DNA of 56,560 nt, filler included, from Sphacelaria rigidula (GCA_964200075.2; 7 parts of 7 records of this genome joined end to end with filler, not necessarily neighbours in it); one strand, 5' to 3'; positions 32,380 through 45,020 are shown, counted from the whole stretch's first letter. Program-made: numbers and translations. The notes: generated from the sequence alone by a model not told the origin.

Positions 32380-34393
32380 CCCCCCCCCCCCCCCCCCCCC
32401 CCCCCCCCTGCATGATCATGAGTACACATTCCTCCCCCCCCCCCATGCTCGGTCTCGAAAGGAATCCGTGGTTAGTGGTAAAATGACTGAGGCAAGGAGC
32501 TAGTGGGGTTCCCCCCCTCCCCACTACCCCCCATCTCTGCTCCCTGCGCTCGCACGGGACATGATGAAAGCTCTCCTGCACTGCCAAGCATCATTTTTGT
32601 CGTTCCATACTTCAAGTGCACAAATCGCGGGAGAGAAACGCCTGAATCCCCCCCTCCCCCCCACCCCCCGCCTGCTGCCTTGACCCTCCTAATCGTGTTT
32701 TCACAGCAGGAAGTAAAATTCTTGGATCATTTGCATCGACCCACAGCAGGAACAAGTGCACCATGCTGTGTCTTCGTAGGCCATCGGGGGTGGCCTTGGC
32801 TGTCTCGCTCGCCGCCGTTCTCCTCTCGGGGGCACGCGCAGATGAGGCACTCGACGCGCTGATCGACGAAGCCTTCGGTGAGTGCTATGTGTGCGGTAGG
32901 CTTGAATAGTTGGGCAGCACCAGGGTGGGTGTCCTTGGATCGGCACACAGATGCATAGGCGCATTTCACAGCACGCGCTTCGGCTGAAATCGACGCCTCG
33001 GGTGCGGGTTTCAGCCACATCAAAGCACACTTTGCCTTGAGCTATTTACAAGACCCATTTTCATCGATATTGATTTTTCGGAGATCTCCGAATTTTGCAG
33101 ACATGTCGGACTCTACCTTCGGGCTTCCCCGACAATTACAAAGCTTGATTTTTTCTCCCATCCTTCCATTTTTACATAAGCCTGGCTATTCCGGACTTGA
33201 ACGCAGCACTCGGGAGAGCTGCCCTGTTGTGTACCCCGTGGCGCTCGCAAGCTTTCGAGGGTCATCAAAGTTCGAAATTTTCGGAGATCCCTTAATAACC
33301 GGCATTGATAATAAGAGATTGGATTACCGCTTGGTGGGTATGTATAGGGAGTTTCTCGAAAAATTATTATGTCAAGTAACCTTGACCCTAACCCCAACGA
33401 AGGCATAGCGAGAACCCTCGGGCAAGGGGGGAGGTTGACCGTTGAGTGTCGCTCGTCGCGATGCGAATCAACCGACGATACTCGTCCTCATACCACACCC
33501 CAGTCACTCCCCCCGCCCACCCATGTTTGCTCCGTATGTCTTCTGTACTCGCTGCAGTAGTCATCCCGCAGTGGTGAGTACCCGAGGTCCCTCGTGAGAC
33601 CCGAGATTGAGAAATCTCCATGTGTTGCAACCTTCTCCATTGCTGTGCACTCTCCCTGTGCGATATCGCATCCACCTCAGAGGTCAACGTCTATCTGAGA
33701 TATCTATCTGGGATATATATGGGCGTCCATCTGAGATATGAAGGTCTATCTCGGATGTCGATCCCGGATACTCACTTGAGAGGTTCATCTTGGAGGATGC
33801 CCGTATCAAAGGAGGTATTTCAAACTCATGATTCTCAGTACAGATCACAGTTGTTTACAGCTATACGATTCGGGAACCTTAAGCTTGAGATACCTCTCAA
33901 GATTAGATGTTCCATGTATATGTCCCACATATATATCCAAATCCTGGATGAGACACTCCAGATGGATATGACACCCTAGATGGACATTCCCGATGGATGG
34001 CATATTCCAGATGGAAAGAGGATATCCCGGACGAATGGGATATTCCAGATGAACGTTGATATCGCAAAAGGATGTCCTAGACAGAGGTTGCAGGATAACG
34101 CGAGGGCGGGCCTTGTGGGGAGGTTCTAGTGTTGTACCGGTTGGGAACCAGGTTGCCGGTTCAGTTCAGTTCGATCCGCTTCGATTGTGCAAGTAGCGCA
34201 AGTTTGTCGTTGTGGTGCGGACCTCAGTCGCACTTACTCAAGTCTTCAGGTTTGAAGACGGTACTGCAGTAGCCACACCCTGCAGTAGAGTAGAGTATGC
34301 GTCATGTAAGACTGCAAAGGTGCTTATAATGCTCCCTTCCTTCCTCCCTCTGGTATTCCTCGGTGACGATGTAAAGAGTTCGCCGGGAAGCAG

Positions 34394-36583
34394 TTGACCG
34401 TGTTGACGGAGGACGTGCTGGTGACCAGCGACATGTTCACGGACTACACGGACGAGGAGGGAAAGTGGAGAACGTTGGACAGCGACGGTACCACAGAGGA
34501 CAACAGCGTTTGGACAAGGTCCGTTCGTCGCTTCGCGCGTCCGAGATTGAACTAAAGGAGTAAAATAAAGAAATCGAAAATATATATATTCAACCAACGG
34601 AATGCGCCGAAGGAAGCAAGCGAAACACGTCGAAGGTGTGCTATAAAGTAGTCCTTTTCGAATGATATTATGTTTGCATTTTGTGTTTCCATGGGCGTGT
34701 CTTATTAATTGCACACCATTTTCCGATCGAAAAAGCGCGGCGGGAAGAGAGAAGAATTCCTATCTGATATATATATATATATAGGTTCGGCATTATATTA
34801 TGTCCAAAGTTACGACCCATCAAATCGGAATGTGCTTCGTATTTCTCTTCGCCGCACTTTTTCTATTGAGAAATGATGTGCGAAGATACGCCGTGAGCGT
34901 GGAAACTATCATACGAAAAATCGGTTAAACTCTCACACAGTGTCCCCATCATGGTCTCCCGTCACCTTCCCGTTGTGGGCACCATGCCACGGGACACGGC
35001 ACTATATGCTTTTCGAACAGAAAGGATTATCTCCACTATGGATGTAAGTACCCGCGATAATTCTGTACAGCAAGACTGAAAGAAAGATAGGAAGGTAGAT
35101 GAGACGAAAGTGGATTGAAAAAAAAACAACAACAAGAAACAACAAAGGAATACACGACAAAACAAGAGAAATAGTAGCAGCCGCGACGTCCAACGAAATC
35201 GCAGTATTTATTAATGATGAATGAAGCCAGCTGTTTCTCCATCTTTTTCGGCAACCTGACAGTTTCCGACAGATTCTGAGACAACTGTACATGATTGTAA
35301 AGTGCAGACCCCTTACTTTTTGACACACCCATTCACAGCGCCCCCCCCTTCCCTTTCTCCTTCCCCTTTCCCGTCCGCCTGCATGCTGTGGTGTGCCGTG
35401 TGTCTTCCGTGTATTTCTTGTCTTTCGTCCGCTCTTGCAGCGGTATGGTGTGCGGGCTGTTCTGGTACCAATTCGCGTATACGGGAGACGAGATTTGGAA
35501 GGTAACGAAGCAACGGAGCCGTTTACCCTCAAATAAGGATGTTACAGAGTACTCTGAACATGTACCTGGGTATATTAATAGTAGTGACGCCAATAGATCA
35601 CCTTATTCTGTCCGACCCCTTCTTTTTCACATTTACTTAGTTGGTTATTCTCCATGGCTTTTGTGTGCGCGGTGGTTCTAGCGCCCAGTCCACTCTGCAT
35701 TCTCATTGAGCGCCGGCCGTTCGTTCCCGGGTCTTGCGTTTGGTGTGCTCGCTTCCGTTAGGAGAGGGCGATCTTTCATACGAGTGGGATGGCCGGTACA
35801 GAAGTGGCTGATGACAACGATGTTGGATTCCAGGTGAGACCCAGAAAAAGGAACAAAGTAACGCCTTTTTTTTCTTTCGGAAAGTCTAAAGTTGACGTAC
35901 GTGAGAATCCATCACGATTTTTGTGGAGGGGACGGAGGGGACCCACCCACCCCCGAAGTGGTAGCTCGCGACAGTACAGAATTTCGGGAAACGCATATTT
36001 TTTGTCATTTCAGAGTGCAAATATCTCGGGATCAAAGTGCAGAATTGAAAAAAAATCAAATAATTTATTGTTATGGGATACCACATTTGACGGAATGGGA
36101 AATAATTTCTCGTTACGCTGTGCTTCCGAAATATTTGCACTCTGAAATGACAAGAAATAAGCGTTTTCGAAACTCGTCTCTAATCTCAAAACAATGTTCT
36201 CACGCAAAAGCTGATTTTCAATTCGCGGATTTTAAGGTGGCCTGGGCAACAGCGACGACAGCGCCTTCTTGTGAAAAGAATTAAAATAATAACGCGAACG
36301 AGAGAAAAACTGCTTCGTTACTCGCGTCGTATTTTTTTTGCACCTCACCCGTGTGTGTGCGCGCACGTGCAGGTTTTCAACTCGTACGGCCTGGGCTACA
36401 AGCTGACCGGGGACTCGAGCTACAAGGACTACGTGCTAACTGGCGCTGAAACGCTGTACAACATCAGATACGATGTGCGTTTTGCTGACGCCGTGCCAGG
36501 CCCTGCTTACAGTAGGCCCAGAGCTCACAGCAGCGGAATATACTATGTATTTCTTCCTTGATTTTTCGTCGTACTTTCACCTT

Positions 36584-36635
<52 letters not shown>

Positions 36636-39134
36636 ACCCAAATCAGAATAAAAAAGAACAAAAAAAAACAAGGACCGTTCTTTTTTGTNNNNNNNNNNCC
36701 TCACCAACACGGAGAATACCCTCTCCTTCTCCCTCGTCTGTTCGGCGTACCTTCACCTCGAGTCCCCCCCCCCCCCACGCGCCCATACTTCGTCTCCAAA
36801 GGAATGCGTAGTCAATGGTCAAACGACCAAGGCAAGCAAGGGCTCTTGTTTTTTGGAGTCAATAAACACTGAACAACGATATTTTTTCTCTTATACTGTG
36901 GACCAAAAGGAGTGGCCAGTACGGAATGCATCATTAGGTCTGTACCGGCTATTTTTTTCTGCCCAGAATAGTACAATCCATTCGTCTCCATTATGGTCAC
37001 TTATTATGCGCGAACACACACACGTATTGATTGATTAATTGATTGTCGCACTTGAACTGACCACCCATGTGTTCAGCCGCGGTCCTATGATAGACGTACC
37101 CTACCCAAGAAAAGCAAAACTGGAAACTCGTTCAGCCAGCGTTTTTTTCTGTCCTAATCTTTCTGTGGCACGTCTATCACGGTAATACATATATATATAT
37201 ATATATATACCATGAATACACCTTTCACTTTTTCTGCAGGACAAAATCCCCGCCTTCTGGTCATGGGCCAACCCCTCCAGAAGACCGGATTGGGAGCGAG
37301 CCGTTAACGTGGACATGATGATGAACTTGGAGATCATGCTCTGGGCAGCGGAGAACGGCGGAGACTCCGAGGCTTACACAGAGGCTGCGCGAGGGTGAGA
37401 AAGCACATACGTTTTTTTTTTTGCGTTTACTGATACTTGTCGTTTTACTTGTCGTTTTTTGTTGTGTTGCTTTTTTGGCATGTTGGATTTTCTGTATCAA
37501 TTTCTTTGTGTTTTCTGTCTCTTCAAGTACCGTGTACGTGCGTGGCGTTGTATATATACAGTCATACTCCTCTAATGATGGCAATATAAAATCAAGCCCC
37601 CCCCCCCAAAAGACGACAGTAGTGCCGTAATTATTCATCATGTGAAGTGTGTGTGTGTGTGTGTTTTGCTGAATACGAAAAAAAGGAGAGCGTGCGCATG
37701 AGGGGGGGAGGACATGAAAGTGTGATCGGAATACCCGCTGAGATCACGCCCACTTTGCTTCCAATCAATGCTACGGTACGGGGGTGCACTTTTTGCGCAA
37801 AATCGTGTCTGGTTCAGCGGCTCCGAACTAACGATTCTAGATGCATAAGAATATGGGTCAGGGCATCCCCGTTTGCAAATCCATTCGGGATATGTCTCTA
37901 GCACACTAGAATTGTAATCCTGGCGTACTCTCAAATATTTCGTGAGTCGTGTTTTTGACGAGATGAAGGTCTCCTAACAATTCTAACCTCGAAAAATAAT
38001 TGTGCACCGCTACCGTAGCGTCACCAAGGTCCCTCACTGATGTTATGTAGAAGGAACGAGGAAACGTGACCCAATCATTTTACCCAGCAAGCGGGTTTGT
38101 GTGCTGACTACCCCTGCCCACGGCAGTCACCTGGGGTAGGCGCCTCAAGCGTTTGTCAGCTTCGCACGCGGCCATTTGGCTACATCCCAAAATGCCTCCG
38201 GAGGGATGCGCGGGCCCTCCAGGGGGGAAACAAGCCTCCGGAGGCGTTCCATCACTCTAGAGGAGACCAAACTCTACCGACCCGGAGGGCCGCGCACCCC
38301 TCCGGAGGAATTTGGGGGTATGTGCGGTCCTCCGGAGGCAAGAATAAGCCTCCGGAGGCGTTCAAGTTCTCTGCTGGGAACCAAAAAATCTCCTCTGAAG
38401 GGCCGCGCACCCCTCCGGAGGCGTTTAATCCCTCTGGAGGCTTGAAAAGTATACCCACCTGGAGGGAGTCTGGAGATAGCCAAATGGCCGCGTGTGTTTG
38501 CTCAGGGCAGTAACAGCAGATCATCGAAATTGCGGTGGAAGAAAAAAAATCGGGGAATTTAGATGATCCGATCGGATCGCCTAAATCATCGATATTTCAC
38601 CCAGGATAGGACCCCAACGTTTTGATTACCGAAATCCAATTTTGTATGGCGTGTTGTAGTAGTTGTCAATAGCGCTACCAGTTGGTGAAGGAATGTAACC
38701 ATATCCCGAAGATTTGGTGTGGATACGATTTTTTTTTTTTCGGCTTCTTATCCCCGATGAAAAGCTCCATCCGCGATTTCGATGATTGACTGTTCAGTGT
38801 GGGGGTCCGACCAACGAAAACCCCCGCTGTCAACCTGGCGCCGTGCATGCCCCGCCGTACTCTCTCACGAGCTTTGGCCCTCTAGGTTGTTGAAAATATG
38901 TGCAAGGCAGACAGGAGGCAAGTAGGCAGGAAGGCAACCAGGACATGTTTTCCGCTTGTTTTTGGAGAGTTTGGATTCTGCACATTGTTCCTGCCCCCCT
39001 CAAGAGACCGCGTGCACATTGTATTATCGTCCACAGGCACGCGGACTTGACGTGGAGAGATATCGTTCGGGACGATAACAGCACGTTCCACGTCGCCGAC
39101 TACGACCCTGACACCGGTGAATTGGTGGACCAAG
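34394..39134 (+). CDS. Glycoside hydrolase family 88 (unsaturated glucuronyl hydrolase-like), partial; exons 34394-34518, 35441-35501, 35762-35833, 36373-36474, 37240-37394, 39037-39134
   Basis: Spliced reading ...GKWRT...VWTS|GMVCGLFWYQFAYTGDEIWK|ERAIFHTSGM...DNDVGFQ|VFNSYGLGYKLTGDSSYKDYVLTGAETLYNIRYD|DKIPAFWSW...VNVDMMMNLEIMLWAAENGG...AARG|HADLTWRDIVRDDNSTFHVADYDPDTGELVDQG. The GH88 motifs WTSGF, HDxGF, IDxMMNL and RxDxSTxH appear in order, and all junctions are in phase. Confidence 0.92.
35980..36175. repeat. Hairpin repeat (intronic), related to 10100-10292
   Basis: TTGTCATTTCAGAGTGCAAATAT / ATATTTGCACTCTGAAATGACAA inverted arms. Confidence 0.7.
38083..38507. mobile_element. Non-autonomous element with an array of CCTCCGGAGG palindromes
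   Basis: About ten exact or degenerate CCTCCGGAGG units between a perfect 17-bp inverted repeat (38166-38182/38477-38493); outer ends CCCAGCAA..TTGCTCAGGG. Confidence 0.6.
38512..38794. mobile_element. Partly deleted copy of the 14028-14470 MITE
   Basis: AACAGCAGATCATCGAAATTGCGG...CCGCGATTTCGATGATTGACTGTT. Confidence 0.75.
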
Positions 39135-39627
39135 GTACGATACTCGGAACAGCTTCTACCTCCGTCTGTGTATTTGTCATACTCCAGTATCATGCGACAA
39201 TCAAATCAATAAATCATCAAATCGATCAAGTGTATTGTTTTGTGTGTCATGAACTCAAGGACGGGCCAACAATGATTGCACAACCGCTATATCGTTGTTT
39301 TCGATGTAGATTTTTTCAAGATTGTCGTCTCCTGTAGAGTATTTGTATGTATACAACACCGGCTGAGATTCGGGTATCACTTATGGAAATATTTAAGTGA
39401 GGGAGAATTTTATCGGTAAGTAATATATGTATCCTTCCAAACCATATGCTGGGATTGTTCGGAACGAGGATCGATATACCCCCCTGCCGGACCATTTTGG
39501 GATTTTTAGTATATGTCAACAACAAGGAGCGATTCCGGGTATACCTCCCCCACAGAATACACAGCCTTGCTTGGAGTTTTTCTTCATATTGTGTTTCGTT
39601 GAGACCCCCCCCCCCCCCCCCCCCCGA

Positions 39628-40015
39628 AGCGAGGTCAATGGTCTTACGACTATGGCATGCATGATCATGAGTACACCCCGCCCCCCCGAACCCCTACGTG
39701 GAGTTTTAGTGGTGGGACACGCATGAGGCAGTGTAAAAGCCGTGGCTGTCTCTCAAAGTGGCAATACCAGAAAGTGAAGCAACTCATTGTAGGCTATCAT
39801 CCATTGCAAGGTAATCAGTACACTTCGGGCCGACCAGTCTATGCAGAATGCAGCTCACCCTTCATGCGATTCGCCGAACACACTACGGCTCGCGTTTGGT
39901 GATTGATTGCGAGCCTGGTCGGGCGAAAACCCGGCGTGCTCCGTCCCGGCTTTGTGGGGATGCGAGGTCAATGGTCTGATGACTATGGCAAGCATGACCA
40001 TGAGTACACCCCCCC
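39628..40015 (+). mobile_element. Two C-tailed non-LTR 3' ends, subfamily B (39628-39687, 39890-40015)
   Basis: GCGAGGTCAATGGTCT..GACTATGGCA.GCATGA.CATGAGTACACCCC. Confidence 0.75.
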
Positions 40016-40373
40016 TCCGAATCCCGCACGAACTACTCTTCAACCCACACATCAAGTACTGAGTACATCCGTTCTCGTGGGCAGGCCAGCCAAAAAGGCC
40101 GGTATTTGCGGGTCACAGACGCACATAGCCAGCCTCGAGAGCGGGTCACGGACAGTATCGAGTTTTTCAGGGTGCGCGCGTAGCACACGTGTCGTTGACT
40201 GTTCTTTTTCAACGTTTGCAAGTTTCCCATTTTCCCGCCATTCCGTGCTGCAAGTCTTGTCCATAACAGATGCTGGACGTGGTAGTGTGTGGTGTGTGGA
40301 TGTGTTTTTCGCTGGACACGAGGTTTTTGAGGATGGGTTGGCCCACGCGCCTCCCGGCTGCCCTTCTCCTGGG

Positions 40374-40473
40374 NNNNNNNNNNNNNNNNNNNNNNNNNNN
40401 NNNNNNNNNNNNNNNNNTTAATTAATTAANNNNNNNNNNNNNNNNNNNNNNNNNNNNNNNNNNNNNNNNNNNN
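40374..40473. other. Artificial contig spacer
   Basis: N44-TTAATTAATTAA-N44. Confidence 0.98.
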
Positions 40474-42361
40474 GGAGACTGAAAAACGCTAGATAGGAAG
40501 ATAAAAAAAAGACAAGAACAAAAAAGGACAACTTGACGGTAACGAGGAGGGAAAACAAGAAACTATGACCCCCCTCGGATTCTGGTCAGGTAGCATCGTC
40601 ATGGAAGCACAAACGTAACTGGTGGTTATTTTCTGTCTTGGGGCCAGGCTCGACCGAAAGGAGGCCGACGTAAAACAAGGATGACAAGATCTACCCTGCC
40701 TCCGCGAGGATTTCAATCACCGCAGCATCGTGCATAAGCATCCTTTCAAGCCACGCAGCGCACAAAACGCCTTGGGTCGCTGAAACTGCTGCATCAACAC
40801 CTAACTACGGTCTCAAGTCACACATACATCAACTTTCAGCATCATGAGACGCCAGGTGTGCTGTGTTGGAGCGCCCAATTTCCAAAAATACCGCCTCTAT
40901 ATTATTGAAAAGGATCAATACTGCACTATGTTGACACTGGCCACGAGGAGAGGCAGCCCTGTGGATCCGAGAGCACAGGGGCACGAGTTAGGAGTTTGAA
41001 ATCTGTTCGGATTACCGCGAGGAAAAATGATAAAAGTGACACTTTGCCGAAAACAAGAGGTGACCAAGGAGGTGGAGGCCAGCAAGCAGAGTGTGCCAGC
41101 TTTCAAGCAGAACCTCGAGCGGAGGTTGTCGGTTTGGACATATGTTGAAAGAAATGCTGAGAAAAAAACATGAATGCCGTCGTTGTCCATCGTCGTCGCT
41201 TCTGTATCCTTCTTCATCTCTGATATCTCTTCCTCTCCCCATCTCCCTATACCTCGCTGTTCTTTTTTGCTCAGTGTTCCGCAGTAAAAAATTTGTGTTT
41301 TGTTGCCTCGGGGCTCATGGGTGCAAGCTCATGCCCAAATAGTATGGTCCGAAATAGCGAAGCCGCAATCTGCTCCCACGGCCTTCTTTTTTTGTAATGT
41401 GTACGAGCTAGGCCAGCCTAAAAACGGATTTCAGCTCTCATAGCCATATCTCATCGACCAGACGAACGGGGCCGTGACCCGCATATCTCATCAATCGTCT
41501 AATCGACGGGGGGATGTCCATCTGCTCAAAAGTCTGGGCTAATCTTTTATCGCTGACTAAACGCCATGTTGTGAAAGGGTGATACCTTGACAGATACTTG
41601 TGGAAAATTATCCCTCCCACATGATGGTGCCCACACAACCCCCTCCTTTCATGACCATCTTGGAGGCTTTGTAGGAGTCTTGCCTTTCATTCACATATAT
41701 TTCACGTGTGTTGGCTGATCCAACCAACAATCGCCGCAGGAGATTTTTCGTGAGTTTTGAACTCTGCTTCAGAGGGTATCCAACATTTTTTTGGGTACAC
41801 ATCATTTTGGTGGGATCCGGGATACGAATCCGGGACCTTCTGTACGTGAAGCGTACGAGCTATCTCATGGTATCGCCAGTGTGAAAAGGTGATTCCTTGA
41901 CAGACACTTGTGGGAAATTGTCCCTTTTCACAATGTCGAGTAATTCCTATACCGTACGGAGATAGGATCGATACTAAAGTCTATATGAAACCCCGAACGA
42001 TATATACAGCGGATGATGACGATTTTCGGTGTGAACATTCTCTGGAGCACGGGGAAACGATCGATATTCTCACCTTCAGCTAATTCGTTATCTAGCTAGA
42101 GATAGAGCGCACATAATATTCCTCGGGACGGCTAAAACACACCCCTCGAGGATCCGTTCATGTGTGAAAAGCAAAGACAAGCAGATCAAAACAGCACTAC
42201 AAACCCTTTCTCGTGATGAGAACGCACGGTGAAGGAGAAGCTCATGAAAGAGCGGGGTAATGTGAAGGCCCCATCTAGAACGGGTGAATTTTCAGGAGCG
42301 CCTGCACAGGAATTGACACGCCTTTCATAATCAGCACACAAATTGACGATTCGCGCTGTAC

Positions 42362-43237
42362 CTCCAGATGAAACCGCCCATCGGCAACGAACACGAGCGC
42401 GTCCTTATCTTCGATCACCGGTGATGTGCAGCCTAGAACCTCGCCAGGCGACAGCGGTTTCGCTTGGGGCACGGCGACTGAGGTGAAGTGATCCGCTAAT
42501 TGGGTGCACGCAGCATGAACCCCCCCAGCGAACTGAATGGTGCCCATGATGGCCACGCGCGTTTCCTGGACAAGAAACGGACAGGTTTTCACGTCAGTGT
42601 CAGCATATCATGGTACCGCGAAGGGATGACAAGTCCGAAATTGTCCTCGCATAAATGTTGCCATCCTCTCTGAAGATAGTGCTCTCGTGTCTCCAGTACT
42701 GTAGACACAACGACGCTGTTGACTTGATTTTGCCGAATTCTCCCTTCTTCCGTCAATCTGCTATATCTTGACGCAACGTTGAGTTTAAACGGATGCGAAC
42801 CATGAACGACATCATCATCGTCATCGCTGCTCACGACAGACGAGTTCGAGGTATTCCCGGTAACTCCGACAATTGAACGGGGATTTTTTGTTCCAAGCAT
42901 GCTGCAGCATACGATGGGGTCAGCCCGTGCTTACCGGTGTGAATGTCTGGCGCACACACTCAGCCAAATGATCGGTGTCGATGGAAATTTCCACAAAGAC
43001 GTACAGCACTTTGACAGCGGTTACCGCGATCGGCACTAGGCAGCTGTGACCGTAGTGCACCAAAAGTTCAGCTCCCAAAGCCTTGGCGGTCAGGTCGTCG
43101 ATGCAACACGCGCCGTATGTCACGTCTCCCAGAATCACACATCGGCAGCCCGCGAATTGTTCGAGGATATCCGAAATGGCGCAAGCGTACATAAGGAGCC
43201 CTTCCGGAAATTGAAGAGCCACGGTGGTGACCTTGTC
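42362..43237 (-). CDS. DPH1: Diphthamide biosynthesis protein 1 (2-(3-amino-3-carboxypropyl)histidine synthase subunit 1), internal exons 43237-42935 and 42565-42362
   Basis: [20 protein letters not shown]...[31 protein letters not shown]...LYVFVEI.ID|...GTIQF...[18 protein letters not shown]...[10 protein letters not shown]. These are diagnostic DPH1 motifs, including the Fe-S cysteines in GACC and LGCT. Confidence 0.95.
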
Positions 43238-44429
43238 CTGAAATGGTGAACAAATGGTGGACAAAAGGGGCACGTAGGCGCGTTTTCCTATCATGTATTT
43301 CGCCATTGGTGCAGACAACAGCAGTGCAGTAACCACCGAGTGTCCATATCGGGAGCTCGCAGTGTAGCAGTATACATATGCCCAACACGGGTTGTCTGTG
43401 ATCTCGGGGCCACTAAAGCCGAGCAGTATTCCTGTACGACCGTGCCCCGTGACAGTGTAGTACGATCAAGTATTTGCACTAGTGTTGTTCTCGCGGGTGT
43501 GGTTTCGCGATCGACAATACTTACTCGTATAGTTCTGCGAAGAACAGGGCGGATTCAGGCGCCAATGGTCTGACTATGGACATGATGTTGGTGGTACGCC
43601 CACTACAGAAGTAGGGATGGGGGGACAATGTCCCACTAAACACGTGCGTCATAGACCAGCGAAAGGAGGTGCTTGCGTGGTTCGGAGTCCCGCTGCGGAT
43701 GATCAAGGTCACCCATATGTTTCACGGTGGCATGCGAGCTCGGGCACGGCTGGATGATGGCCAATTATCAGGTTGGTTCCACGTCTGCCAGGGACTGAGA
43801 CAATCCCGCTGAAAACTCTCTAGTTGGCCGAGTGGGTGGTGCCTCATCAGATCACTGTTTCGTCTCGGTTTTCCTGCCAAAAACAGGGTATGAAATTGAA
43901 GAGTGAAGAGAAGATCCGTCTTCTCACAAAAACGCCTCTTTATCGTATTACATGTCTTGGAAAGATTTCATATTTTCCCAATGCTATTTTTGATAGACAC
44001 GTCATTGTTTTCGAGTCAGTTCGGTCCCTCAAACACTTTGGGGTCAAAACAGTGGTAACAACTTCCGCAGAGGTCGGTGCATCCACTCTTCATCTGACTC
44101 GAAGGTCCTCGGGTCGGCTGAAGTCGCTCAGAGGGCTTCGTTTACCCCGGGTTGTAATAGACATGAACGCTTCCCGGTCTAATCGATGCGTTTCGTGCTC
44201 ATCTTCGGCGCAGCCTCGGGACACGGACTCTTCCAACGGTCCGGGGCAGACCTAGCCATCGTCTCACACTCGGTAAGGCCAGATGATGCACCAAAATGTG
44301 GCAATAATAATCTCCTGGAATTAACGACGCTGTAGAAGGTGCGGCGCGCTGTGAAGGGAACGCCAAATGCGGATGACGCCGGCATAGTGTCGAGGTCTCC
44401 GGGCGAGCTTGCTAGGGTGGTGGCCGTGG

Positions 44430-45020
44430 AAGTGGTGGCCTATCGGTAGTACGGATTGACGGTATCGGAGAGCAAGACAGAGCCCGTGCGCCTGTGCGCA
44501 GTACCCAGCTCCGTAGAGACCACACTACACATCAACGCGGCAGGCCAAAAGTACTAGCAGGTGGCCAACCTCGTCTGCCTGGCAGTATTGTCAGCGCGGA
44601 TGCGAATATTTCCATACAAAACACACACACACCACCAGCGCTGCGTGGCACGCCTCCGAGAGTATAGTTCCCAAATCAACGATATGCCCAACCCCCAGAC
44701 ACCTCTGAAAACCCGGCTGCTTCAAACGGAGGAGATGAAAGCTACGCTGTACGGGTGGATGGGCAACATGAATGCGGCGTCCCGAGGGCATCGAGCGTGT
44801 AGACACCGCTCACCACCAGCTTTTACTACGAATGGTTGGATTCCGCAGGAAGGAGCGAACTGGCTACAAAGCTCTCATATAGGTGTGCTCGAGATGGCCA
44901 ACGGCGAACATATCAAGACGACCACCCGCAAACGCCAACTCTGGTTTGCGGGGGCTATTGCCCGGCAGGCCAAGACGTACTTCAAAGTCCATCATGTTCG
45001 GACATAACGAGGTCTCGTGA
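44430..45020 (+). mobile_element. Degenerate RTE-clade LINE fragment (RT C-terminus)
   Basis: VSESKTE...LHINAAGQKY*QVANLVCL...LKTRLLQTEEMKATLYG...IKTTTRKRQLWFAGAIARQ, with stops and frameshifts. Confidence 0.75.

Noticed and set aside
35021-35043. Exon-like segment with a strong GTAAGT donor inside the GH88 gene
   Set aside because: Including it breaks the conserved WTS|G junction between exons 34394-34518 and 35441-35501.
36587-36635. Poly-Pro/poly-Gly ORFs from long C/G runs (also 16067-16090, 32184-32211, 32380-32408)
   Set aside because: These are homopolymer tracts next to gaps; their lengths are unreliable and they are not coding.
38190-38445. CRISPR-like array of palindromic repeats
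   Set aside because: The repeats are only 10 bp, the spacers are irregular and themselves repeated, there are no cas genes, and it lies in a eukaryotic intron.
1190-39134. Apparent carbohydrate gene cluster (FucT-like, GT-like, GH88)
   Set aside because: The three genes are on different contigs that are adjacent only because of size sorting.
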